A DNA stretch of 62,414 bases, filler included, from Candidatus Delongbacteria bacterium (GTDB lineage: Bacteria; UBA4055), in the NCBI GenBank assembly GCA_016937995.1. It is 3 parts of 3 records of this genome, joined end to end, with 100 filler letters (N's around TTAATTAATTAA, not from the genome) between each part and the next. Parts side by side here need not be neighbours in the genome. Positions count along the whole stretch, not along the records: positions 27,205 to 55,004 come from JAFGVM010000091.1; 2 more parts are not named here. One strand, given 5' to 3'. The notes beneath the pieces were generated by a model. It did no database searches, was not told where the DNA came from, and was given only the letters and a program-made list of their open reading frames with translations. Shown in pieces: positions 41,039-50,139 of this stretch (its first letter is position 1; the number at the start of each line of letters is the position of its first letter). The translations under genes were made by a program, and so were the position numbers.

Positions 41039-41676
41039 TATTTTACTTTTCGGTCATATTTGATATACATTGATATACCTGTGAGAATATTCAGGATACC
41101 AAACCCTATCCCCCACAGAATAAAACTGAATTCTACGAAATACATGGATAATATTCCCGATAATAAACATCCTATTCCCAGATGTAAAATCTCCGGTCTT
41201 GAATATCTCCCGGCACTTAATAATGCCAACCCGTAGAATATCAGTGTCGCTGGTATAATTAGCCAGAATGTCTGATTCTGAATTAAAGATATAATTACGA
41301 AAACTGCTGCAAGTACCGGAATGAAAAGATTGAATGCAAATCTTTTTGAACTGCTGTTAAAGATACTGTCCTTTGTTCTCTTTGCTTTTACATAACTCAT
41401 TATGAAAGCAAATATCACAGATAATAAAAATATCGTTATAAAAACAATTGACAGATTTTTCAAGAAAGTTCTTTCTCTTTCAAGAGACAAAAGCATTTCT
41501 TCTGTTAGAAACAGAGAATCGAATGTAGTGTATAATACAAAAACTCCTATGATAGCCAGGATCCCGGAAACGACACCTGACAGACCGCTTAATGAAATAA
41601 AAGTCGATGACCTCTCCATTATATCTTTTATATGATCTATAGATTGCTTTTCATGCTCATTCATGAATATCTCCAT
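41038..41676 (-). CDS. Membrane protein co-transcribed with the regulator
   Basis: IKDIMERSSTFISLSGLSG, about six TMs. Confidence 0.75.
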   Translation of the reverse strand: MEIFMNEHEKQSIDHIKDIMERSSTFISLSGLSGVVSGILAIIGVFVLYTTFDSLFLTEEMLLSLERERTFLKNLSIVFITIFLLSVIFAFIMSYVKAKRTKDSIFNSSSKRFAFNLFIPVLAAVFVIISLIQNQTFWLIIPATLIFYGLALLSAGRYSRPEILHLGIGCLLSGILSMYFVEFSFILWGIGFGILNILTGISMYIKYDRKVK

Positions 41677-41678
41677 TT

Positions 41679-41695
41679 ACTTTGAATTCCAAAGT
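41679..41695. promoter_or_regulatory. Palindromic operator ACTTTG-N5-CAAAGT at the head of the operon
   Basis: TACTTTG-AATTC-CAAAGTA, overlapping a TATACT -10-like hexamer on the minus strand. Confidence 0.65.
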
Positions 41696-42007
41696 ATAAT
41701 ATACAATTAATCTTTTCAAGAATCAAATTGAGAAATTTAGTTGCGTAAACATAAGTAGTTATATATACTAATATTTTCATGAAATAGTATTATGGAATAA
41801 TATGAAAAAAGTAAGAGAATATTTCAATCAATAACTGAAGTTGAAAAACGACAGAGATATACACTCATATAACAAAGAAAGGGATGGAGAAAATTAAAAG
41901 CCCATTAGGTCACTTGGAAGTACAGGAAAAAAAAACGAAGTACGACGTTTTGCCGTTTTAACCGGGCACGAACTAGACAGCAAAAAGAAGTACGTCGTTT
42001 TGCCACA

Positions 42008-42081
42008 CGTTGTGCAAACTTCCACAACATTGGCAAAATGTAACTGACTTTATCATCTATGGGTCCGAATGCTTTAGCATT
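42008..42081 (+). repeat. 74-bp dispersed repeat, copy 2 (attC-like)
   Basis: 66/74 identity with 27815-27888. Confidence 0.75.
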
Positions 42082-42103
42082 GTATTTTAATTTAAACAGT
42101 AAT

Positions 42104-42325
42104 TTATGCAAAAAAATACCAGAGAAATATAATTACAAGATTAATAAAGCCATAAATCAGAAACGTTATTCCTTTTTTCACAGCCTCCCAACCACTAATA
42201 TACTCTCTTGCTCTGGTTCGACTTTTATAATACTTATCTTTAATGATAAAAATACCATTGATCGTAAAATATATGAAAAAGGCAACGAATACAAATATTA
42301 TAAAAAATCTAGAGTTATAAAGCAT
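42104..42325 (-). CDS. Small two-TM hypothetical protein
   Basis: AGGA RBS upstream; two hydrophobic helices around a basic loop (I.G.EAVKKG). Confidence 0.4.
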   Translation of the reverse strand: MLYNSRFFIIFVFVAFFIYFTINGIFIIKDKYYKSRTRAREYISGWEAVKKGITFLIYGFINLVIIFLWYFFA

Positions 42326-42489
42326 AATTACAAATTCCTGTTATTAAGGTTTATTTAAAATTACTTTTATTAAACTTTGATGTCAATTAAAATAATATGT
42401 TTATTAAATAACACCGTACATCTGCCACATCCCTGACAATCTCTCCTCCACTTTGACATAATAAAAAACAATTCATGCCTGAAATGTTA

Positions 42490-42505
42490 TGGCATTATAT
42501 TTGCA
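42490..42505 (+). promoter_or_regulatory. Putative sigma54 (-24/-12) promoter of htpG
   Basis: TGGCATTATATTTGCA matches TGGCAC-N5-TTGCW spacing, 45 nt before the ATG. Confidence 0.6.
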
Positions 42506-42550
42506 GAAGGATAAACATTGAAAATAATTAAATAATATAAAGGAGCAACA

Positions 42551-44509
42551 ATGTCAAAAAGCACAATGAAATTCAAGACCGAAGTAAGTCAACTTTTAGA
42601 ACTTGTAACTCATTCTCTCTACTCTAATAAAGAGATATTTATAAGAGAGCTTGTTTCAAACGCATCTGACGCGCTTGATAAGATCCGCTTAGAGGGTTTG
42701 AAAGATAAAAAACTGCTTGAAGGAAATGATGATCTTAAGATCAAGATAGACTTCAATAAGGATGCCGGTACTATAACTATCACTGATACCGGTATCGGTA
42801 TGACAAAGGAAGAATTGATAGACAATATCGGAACTATAGCAAAATCAGGAACGAAAGAGTTTTTCAACAAATTAAAAGAGATGAAGGAAAGTGAGGATAA
42901 GCAGGCGGAGCTGATCGGACAATTCGGTGTAGGATTCTATTCTGCATTCATAGTCTCTGAGAAGATCGTTATAAACACAAGAAAAGCCGGAAAAGGTAAT
43001 GAACCTGTAAGATGGGAATCTGACGGAAAAGAAAAATTCACGATAGATACATCTGACAGGACAGAAAGAGGAACTGAGATCACTCTATATCTTAATAAGG
43101 AAGATGTTGATTTTGCTTCCGAATGGAAGATAAAGGATATAGTTAAAAAGTATTCTGACTATATCACTTACCCTATTCAAATGACGATCGAAAGAGAGGA
43201 AAAACCTAAAGATAAAGATGGTAAAGAGATCGAAGGTGCTGAAGCAGTAACCACATATAAAGATGAAACTATCAACTCCCAGAAAGCAATATGGCAAAAA
43301 GCAAAGAAAGATGTAAAAAAAGAAGAATACAACGAGTTTTACAGGCATATCTCCCATGATTACGATGAACCATTGGAAAGAATACATTTGAACGTTGAAG
43401 GAATTTTATCCTATAAAGCTTTACTTTATCTTCCCAAAAAAGCACCTTATGACCTTTTCATGAGAGAAGCTAAGATCGGAGTAAGTCTTTATGTAAGAAA
43501 TGTATTCATTATGGATGACAACAAGCATTTATTACCTGAATATATGAGATTTGTAAAAGGAGTTGTAGATTCTGCTGACCTTCCGTTAAACGTTTCCAGA
43601 GAAATTCTTCAGGAAGATAAAACTTTAGACAAGATCCAGAAGAACCTTGTAAAGAAGATCCTTGAAACTTTAAAGAAAATGAAAGAAAAAGATACTGAAA
43701 AATATATTGAATTCTATACAGAATTTGGAAAAGTTCTTAAGGAAGGTATTTATACTGATTTTGAGAACAAGGACAAGTTGACTGATCTGATCCTGTTCGA
43801 ATCTACTAAAACTGAAGAGGGTAAAGTAACATCTTTTGCAGAATATGTTGAAAGAATGCCTGAAAATCAAACCGAGATTTATTACATAACCGGGGAAAGC
43901 AGGAAATCACTGGAAAATTCACCTCATCTCGAAAAATTCAAACAGAAAGATTATGAAGTACTTTTCTTTACTGACCCTATTGATGAATTTATTGTCAACG
44001 GGCTGACTGAATATAAGGAAAAGAAATTAAAATCTGTTGGCAAGGGTGAAGTTGATCTATCTGATGAAAAGGAAAAAGAGGAAAATAAAAAGAAAAAAGA
44101 ATCTGACAAGAAAAAGTACGGTTCTTTACTTGACAGTATAAAGGATGCTTTGAAAGATGATATAAAAGAAGTAAGAATTTCATCCAGGTTAACATCCAGT
44201 GCTGTCTGTCTTGTCTCTGATGAAAATGACATTTCACCTCATATGGAAAAAATATTTAAGTCAATGAATCAGGAAATACCTAGATCAAAAAGGATATTGG
44301 AACTGAACCCGAATCATCCTATCTTGGAAGTAATGCAGTCAATTTACGATAATGATAAAAAAGATACTAAACTTGGTGAATATTCTGAACTCTTGTATGA
44401 TCAGGCTGTTCTTGCTGAGGGAGCTCCTTTAAAAGATCCCGTAAAGTTTGCGCATAGAATGGCTGATCTGATGGTATTTGAGGGAAAAACAAAGGTAACT
44501 AAAAAATAA
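42551..44509 (+). CDS. htpG: Chaperone HtpG (Hsp90)
   Basis: YSNKEIFIRELVSNASDA, DTGIGMT, IGQFGVGFYS, LPLNVSREILQ. Confidence 0.98.
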   Translation: MSKSTMKFKTEVSQLLELVTHSLYSNKEIFIRELVSNASDALDKIRLEGLKDKKLLEGNDDLKIKIDFNKDAGTITITDTGIGMTKEELIDNIGTIAKSGTKEFFNKLKEMKESEDKQAELIGQFGVGFYSAFIVSEKIVINTRKAGKGNEPVRWESDGKEKFTIDTSDRTERGTEITLYLNKEDVDFASEWKIKDIVKKYSDYITYPIQMTIEREEKPKDKDGKEIEGAEAVTTYKDETINSQKAIWQKAKKDVKKEEYNEFYRHISHDYDEPLERIHLNVEGILSYKALLYLPKKAPYDLFMREAKIGVSLYVRNVFIMDDNKHLLPEYMRFVKGVVDSADLPLNVSREILQEDKTLDKIQKNLVKKILETLKKMKEKDTEKYIEFYTEFGKVLKEGIYTDFENKDKLTDLILFESTKTEEGKVTSFAEYVERMPENQTEIYYITGESRKSLENSPHLEKFKQKDYEVLFFTDPIDEFIVNGLTEYKEKKLKSVGKGEVDLSDEKEKEENKKKKESDKKKYGSLLDSIKDALKDDIKEVRISSRLTSSAVCLVSDENDISPHMEKIFKSMNQEIPRSKRILELNPNHPILEVMQSIYDNDKKDTKLGEYSELLYDQAVLAEGAPLKDPVKFAHRMADLMVFEGKTKVTKK

Positions 44510-44527
44510 AATATTATTTTTCAAAAG

Positions 44528-44555
44528 AAAAGGGCTCTGATAGAGTCCTTTTTTT
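44528..44555 (+). terminator. Rho-independent terminator
   Basis: AAAAGGGCTCT-GAT-AGAGTCCTTTTTTT. Confidence 0.8.
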
Positions 44556-44597
44556 GTATCTTCCCAAGTAGTTAAAACTTAATAATGAATATTCTTG

Positions 44598-44626
44598 TTG
44601 CTTTTCCAAAATTAGTTGATTATATT
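44598..44626 (+). promoter_or_regulatory. Putative sigma70 promoter giving the csp gene a long (~155 nt) 5' UTR
   Basis: TTGCTT-17 nt-TATATT. Confidence 0.45.
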
Positions 44627-44787
44627 CGAATCGTAAATCGTTGTACACTGTTTTCTCGCTGTTGCTGCTTGAGTTGTTAAATGATCTTGGGCTGCAATAA
44701 TAAGACAAAAGTAATCGTTATGATCCTTTTGAATTATGCTGAAAAAAAGAGGTACATAACCGGTAAATTTATAATAGGATTGTTTCA

Positions 44788-44991
44788 ATGGAACAAGGAA
44801 CAGTTAAATGGTTCAACAATGCTAAGGGCTTTGGCTTTATCGAAAGAGAAGAAGGCGAAGACGTATTTGTACACCACAATGCTATCGAAGGTACAGGTTA
44901 CAAATCATTGGACGAAGGCGACAAAGTTCAATTCGAAGTTGAGAAAGGACCAAAAGGATTACAGGCTACTAAAGTTTCTAAGATCTCTTAA
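44788..44991 (+). CDS. Cold shock protein (CspA family)
   Basis: GTVKWFN..KGFGFI, DVFVH. Confidence 0.95.
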   Translation: MEQGTVKWFNNAKGFGFIEREEGEDVFVHHNAIEGTGYKSLDEGDKVQFEVEKGPKGLQATKVSKIS

Positions 44992-45012
44992 TTTTAGACT
45001 TGCCTAGAATTC

Positions 45013-45044
45013 AAAAAAAACCCGACAATTGCCGGGTTTTTTTT
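45013..45044. terminator. Bidirectional terminator
   Basis: A8-CCCGAC-AATT-GCCGGG-T8. Confidence 0.8.
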
Positions 45045-45102
45045 ATGGTTTTTATATTTTTTTAATACACTGTGTCCAATTGAGAAATATATACCCTTTA
45101 AA

Positions 45103-47607
45103 TTATTTCTTCATTGATTCAAGCTTGATTAAAAAAGGGATCTCCTGATTCTCAGGGTTGATTCTCTGAGCCTGATATAATTTCTCAACATATCCTTTAG
45201 GATTACCACTCATAGACTGAATAAGCCCTTCAAGAACTATCAAGGTTGACAACTTGAATTTTTCTAAAAGATCAACATTATCAACATTAAAAAAAACATC
45301 TGTGCTTTTGATATTCTTTAAAATATATTCTGCATTATAAACCCAGTTCATAGGCAGGAAACTATCCATTTCGAAAAAATCAAGGTAAGAATTATCATCA
45401 TGGCAGATAACTGAGTTTTTATCAAGCTCTGCAATAGAATTACTGTCATAGATCAAAAAAGAGGCTAAACTATACGGTTCAGAGTACAAATATATATCAT
45501 TTATTTTTGATGCTTTCACTTTAAAATCTGCGAAATCTATCTTCATTGGTTTCTTTGTCCCGACGAGAAGTGTATGAGTATGACCTAACCATAAAGTGGT
45601 GTTCGGGAAAACAGAATTAAAGGTCTTCAGGATTCCGATATAGTCCTTTGTAAGCAACTTGTGCATTGGAAGGTACTGGGTGACCATTCCGTTATCAGAG
45701 AGATGATCATAACAAAGCTGAAAATACTCCTGACTGTATAAACTTCCTGACCCCAGAACCGGATGAGTTGGATCACTTGAAATTAGATCAAATTTCTCTG
45801 TGCTTGACTGGAGATAATGCCTTCCATCATTGCCGATGATCTTCAATCTTCTATCTTCTACTACATTATGATTAAGTTCTTTATAGAATTTTGCTGCATT
45901 CTTCAGTTCTTCAGCCAGCTCAACACAAAGAACAGATTCTACTTCCGGATGTGAAAGAACTGTAGATGTCGTAACTCCGATACCAAAACCTACTATCAAT
46001 ACTTTTTTAGGATCATGACCGGTAAGAAAAGGTATGTGCCCGAGTAATTTTACAGCTTTGATCGCATCGTAGGAACTTCCGATAACAGAATTATTATTAA
46101 AATATGTATAATTCACACCTGAAGTTTTATCTTTACCAACAACCAAAGTAGCTTCTACAGCTTCTTCGTAAAATAATATCTCTCTTTCACTCATTGAAAA
46201 TGAAGGCGGCATCACTTTTATCCTTGTAATAAATACTGCACCTGTTACAATGATCAGAATAACAATTTGAAAAACGAAAATATAACCTCGAATGGATGGT
46301 TTGTTCCTGTATATCAGGTATATACTGACCGCAATGTTTATTAAAGCAATAATAAGTAAAGATCTGACGACACCAGCATATGGAATGAGTAAAAATGCCG
46401 CTATGAACGGACCTATGAACCCACCTATAGTGTTAATAAAGTATACTCTGCTGAAACTTAAAGATACCATTTGACTTTTATCACTGTACAATCTTACTGC
46501 ACTTGTAAAAACGAATCCGGCTAGTACAGCTTGCGGGAGAACAGTTAAGATCGAAAGAATAACAGGTGGAAGGAGTATCCTTGAAACAGGACTTGTCAAT
46601 ACTTCATGAAGCGGAATAATTATCCAACGGGGAGCATTTACAAAAACAAGAACGCCTACTGCTATTATGGTTCCTGTAGCAAAAAGCCCAAGTAATAAAT
46701 TTTTAAGAATATCCGATTCATCAGACGTGATCTTTTTGAACAGCAGACTTCCGAGAAAATATCCGAAAATTATCACTGAGACAATTAAAGCAAAAGTATA
46801 ACTTGTATTTGTTAAATATATTTTAAATATCCTGAGCCAGATTATCTGAGCGATCAAACCTGTCAATCCGGAGATAAATGCTACCAGCATTGAAAATTTT
46901 GGATGTTCTCTTCCCTGAGTTTTTAATTCAACCGGTTTTACTATTTTTAATTTCTCTTCAGGGATCAGGCTTTGACTGATCTTATGATTTATCATAATTC
47001 CGGTAATCCAAGCAAGAATTAAATTCATTGAAGAAACTATGAACACTGTACCTTTCATCCCCGGGTATCTGAGCAGAACAAATCCAGCTAGTAATCCACC
47101 CAGTGACGATCCAAAAGTATCAGCTGCAAATGTGTTACCTATCGAATTAGAAATATTATTACCCATGAACAAATATATTCTCGTCACAATAGGCATAATT
47201 CCACCAATGAAAAAAGCTGAGGCGAATACAATGCTCAATGCATATATATAAACAACAATCTCAACTTTATCACCAAGTAAATCATTTACCGCATTATACT
47301 TGTAAATTTTTGGAATAAGCTGCAGCAGCAAATATACTATCAGGTTCACTATACCTATCGTAATAAGAAGTCTACCCAGGAATCCAACCGGATATTTCGT
47401 TTTATCCGCCTTTTTACCCAGAAAGTAAGATCCGGTTCCAAGACCGGCCATAAATGCGGAAATTACTATAGTTGATGCATGAACAGTTGTACCAAGATAT
47501 AAACCCAGTATCCTGTCCCATGTTACTTCATAAATCAGAAAAGAAACGCTGGTAAAAAATACAACCAGCGTTAACAATACTCTTTTTGTTTTATAATTTT
47601 CAGTCAT
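45103..47607 (-). CDS. Fused multi-TM / spermidine synthase-like protein
   Basis: About 13 TMs, then VLIVGFGIGVT..VELA..DGRHYL..FDLISSDP. Confidence 0.85.
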   Translation of the reverse strand: MTENYKTKRVLLTLVVFFTSVSFLIYEVTWDRILGLYLGTTVHASTIVISAFMAGLGTGSYFLGKKADKTKYPVGFLGRLLITIGIVNLIVYLLLQLIPKIYKYNAVNDLLGDKVEIVVYIYALSIVFASAFFIGGIMPIVTRIYLFMGNNISNSIGNTFAADTFGSSLGGLLAGFVLLRYPGMKGTVFIVSSMNLILAWITGIMINHKISQSLIPEEKLKIVKPVELKTQGREHPKFSMLVAFISGLTGLIAQIIWLRIFKIYLTNTSYTFALIVSVIIFGYFLGSLLFKKITSDESDILKNLLLGLFATGTIIAVGVLVFVNAPRWIIIPLHEVLTSPVSRILLPPVILSILTVLPQAVLAGFVFTSAVRLYSDKSQMVSLSFSRVYFINTIGGFIGPFIAAFLLIPYAGVVRSLLIIALINIAVSIYLIYRNKPSIRGYIFVFQIVILIIVTGAVFITRIKVMPPSFSMSEREILFYEEAVEATLVVGKDKTSGVNYTYFNNNSVIGSSYDAIKAVKLLGHIPFLTGHDPKKVLIVGFGIGVTTSTVLSHPEVESVLCVELAEELKNAAKFYKELNHNVVEDRRLKIIGNDGRHYLQSSTEKFDLISSDPTHPVLGSGSLYSQEYFQLCYDHLSDNGMVTQYLPMHKLLTKDYIGILKTFNSVFPNTTLWLGHTHTLLVGTKKPMKIDFADFKVKASKINDIYLYSEPYSLASFLIYDSNSIAELDKNSVICHDDNSYLDFFEMDSFLPMNWVYNAEYILKNIKSTDVFFNVDNVDLLEKFKLSTLIVLEGLIQSMSGNPKGYVEKLYQAQRINPENQEIPFLIKLESMKK

Positions 47608-50120
47608 TACTTTGCATCATCAGCAGTTACATAGTAAAAATATTTATTTCCTGTCAAAATATCATTATCAATATACAAATTTGTTAATGAAGTATCAATC
47701 TTAATAAATCCGGAATAAGGATCGGTCGACCTGTATATATTGTATACGGTCGCACCTGTAACAGCATCCCAGCTCAGTGAACATGAAGCTGCTTCTGTAT
47801 TAGGAACAACATTAACTGGTGAAGAAAGAGCATCGGAGACAATGAATTTTACCGGGATGATAACAGTGCTGTTAGATGGATCATTACTGTTAAGGTTAAT
47901 ATCAGCATAATAGATGCCATAATCCAATCCGTCCGTGTTAGCAGTTGCTGTTATCTGTTCTGATCCCGAAGCAGAAACTGTTCCTGAGGATGGATCCAGA
48001 CTTAACCATTCAGGTATAATTGTTGCCTTGAATTCAATTGCTAAACTGTTCTTTATATATGCGGAATTATATACAACCTGAATACCGTCAGAACCGTCAC
48101 CACTCTCGATACCGACAGTACATGCATCCAGGGTTCCGTTCATAGTATTGTATTGAAGAATGATAGTACCATTTTGATAAAGCAATACTTCAAAAGTATT
48201 TTTAGTCCCGCCACCGTAATTTATTATTTGATTATATTGAACAATAAATCTGCCATTTGCACTATCATAGTAGTAATAAATATCATCGCTTTGTCCTGAA
48301 GAAGGGTCGAGATCGTCCCAGAAAGGTGCAATTACTGCGTTTGGAGCTGAGCTTGAAGGAATTATCGGATTTGTATAACTTATAGCCGTACCGGTAAAAG
48401 TAATTGCTCCATTTGCACCGATCCTTACTGTAGAATAATCTGTTCCGTAAAAATTGAAAGCAAATCCTAATGCCAATGAACTTGAAATACCGTCATCTGA
48501 CAAACCAAGAGGTGTGCCCAGAGAAGAAATATCCACCCAGTTGTAAGCAGGACCATCCGGTTCATCAGAGTCTTTCCATGAATAACCGTATGTATCCGGA
48601 CCTCCGCTTCCTTTTGTTTTAATATAGCTGACCGATTGATTATAGGTCAGGTCCGCATTCCCTGAATTTCCAATATCAAACTTTTTGATACCTGTAAAAC
48701 CGGGGTTCGCACTTATTGCTAATGTATCCTGTACTGACACAGCAACTTCGGGGGCTGCCCCCATTTGCAGCTGTACGTTAACCTCGGTAGCTTCTCTGAA
48801 TGATCCTGTATCATCTGTTACAACTACATTATTAATGATTTGAGAAGTGTATCCCGGAGCTGATACTGTCATTGTATATGTACCGGGTTTCAATACCCTG
48901 TAATAATCTCCAAAGTCAGGGTCTGTATAATATTCCTTATCTATTCCTGTGATCTCTATCTTAGCTTCTAGCGGAAGACCTGTATCATAATCGGTAACAA
49001 TACCATAAATACCTTTATGTACAGCTGAAAGATACCAGAACATTGCATCTCTGTTATCCTGCCAGAATCCTGCGATCTCACTATAAGCAGGCCATTTCGT
49101 ATTTGATATTTCCAGAGTTAGATCCATATCTCCGTAATAATGATAGTTCCAGTCCTGCATTCCGCCAACTGCTTCATACCATTCAAGACCGTTAGTTATT
49201 CCTTCAGTAAAAGCACCGTTGTACATAGGAGTATTTCTGATCGCATAATTTGAAGCCAGCCATGTTGCATGAACATCATCAGGAGCAGCTGCATACTGTC
49301 CGCTTGTCAAAGGAGGCTTCGTATCTAAAATATAGTTTGCTACCAATGCACCACCATGATAGTTCGTTGATAAAATAAAGTTATGGTCATTACTCCAGTT
49401 TATCATAGCATCGATCTCAGGTTCATCTGATTCAGCTAAATTTGTTTCTCCTGTCAAAAAATCAGGAAAGTCTCTGTTCAGATCTATATAGTTAGCATTA
49501 TACCGTGAATTGTTAGCCATTCCGTCAGGATTCAACAACGGCATTACATATAATTCAGTATTATTGACTATGAACTGCATAGTATCATTGTTAGCCTGAT
49601 ATCCTTTTAAAATATCCTCGATCAAATACATTTCCATCTCTACACCGGTAACTTCATCACCGTGCATAGTAGAAACAAATTTTACTTCAGGTTCAGCTTC
49701 CTCAATATTCACATTGTCAGAGATCTTAAGTACCCATAATGGTCTACTCTGTACTGAAGTTCCGATCTGAATTCTCTTGCATATTGCCGGATATCTGTTC
49801 TGCCAAACAAGCATAGAATCACCGATATCTTCGTTATATCTGTAGGAGGAGGCATCTTTGGGCAGTTTTAAGGGTTCCCATGTGATAGTATATCCTTCAT
49901 TCTCGATGATATCAAATCTTTCCTGATCTACATAGATTTTCAAGTATTCAGGAAATCCTTTTTCTTTTCCCTGAAAACTGGTCCTGTCGATATCAATTTC
50001 ATGCTTCTTCAAAAATTTAAGGTCTTCAATTCCGGATACTTTTACCTTTGCATATTCAAATTTCTTAGCACCAAATACCATTATTGCGAAGATCATCAGA
50101 TAGATCATTGTTTTCTTCAT
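47607..50120 (-). CDS. Secreted M14 zinc carboxypeptidase (CPD/CPE-like) with C-terminal beta domains
   Basis: MHGDE, LNPDG, RYNA..DLNRDFP, NYHGG, GGMQDWNY, LEIS, transthyretin-like domain, FN3-like tail. Confidence 0.9.
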   Translation of the reverse strand: MKKTMIYLMIFAIMVFGAKKFEYAKVKVSGIEDLKFLKKHEIDIDRTSFQGKEKGFPEYLKIYVDQERFDIIENEGYTITWEPLKLPKDASSYRYNEDIGDSMLVWQNRYPAICKRIQIGTSVQSRPLWVLKISDNVNIEEAEPEVKFVSTMHGDEVTGVEMEMYLIEDILKGYQANNDTMQFIVNNTELYVMPLLNPDGMANNSRYNANYIDLNRDFPDFLTGETNLAESDEPEIDAMINWSNDHNFILSTNYHGGALVANYILDTKPPLTSGQYAAAPDDVHATWLASNYAIRNTPMYNGAFTEGITNGLEWYEAVGGMQDWNYHYYGDMDLTLEISNTKWPAYSEIAGFWQDNRDAMFWYLSAVHKGIYGIVTDYDTGLPLEAKIEITGIDKEYYTDPDFGDYYRVLKPGTYTMTVSAPGYTSQIINNVVVTDDTGSFREATEVNVQLQMGAAPEVAVSVQDTLAISANPGFTGIKKFDIGNSGNADLTYNQSVSYIKTKGSGGPDTYGYSWKDSDEPDGPAYNWVDISSLGTPLGLSDDGISSSLALGFAFNFYGTDYSTVRIGANGAITFTGTAISYTNPIIPSSSAPNAVIAPFWDDLDPSSGQSDDIYYYYDSANGRFIVQYNQIINYGGGTKNTFEVLLYQNGTIILQYNTMNGTLDACTVGIESGDGSDGIQVVYNSAYIKNSLAIEFKATIIPEWLSLDPSSGTVSASGSEQITATANTDGLDYGIYYADINLNSNDPSNSTVIIPVKFIVSDALSSPVNVVPNTEAASCSLSWDAVTGATVYNIYRSTDPYSGFIKIDTSLTNLYIDNDILTGNKYFYYVTADDAK

Positions 50121-50139
50121 ATAAATTTTGCCTTAAGTT

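Noticed and set aside
41937-42004. Mini CRISPR array
   Set aside because: Only two ~18-nt repeats, no cas genes or leader; better explained as part of the attC-like repeat
44514-45007. ORFs 44514-44708 and 44681-45007
   Set aside because: They overlap the terminator, promoter and the well-supported csp gene in other frames
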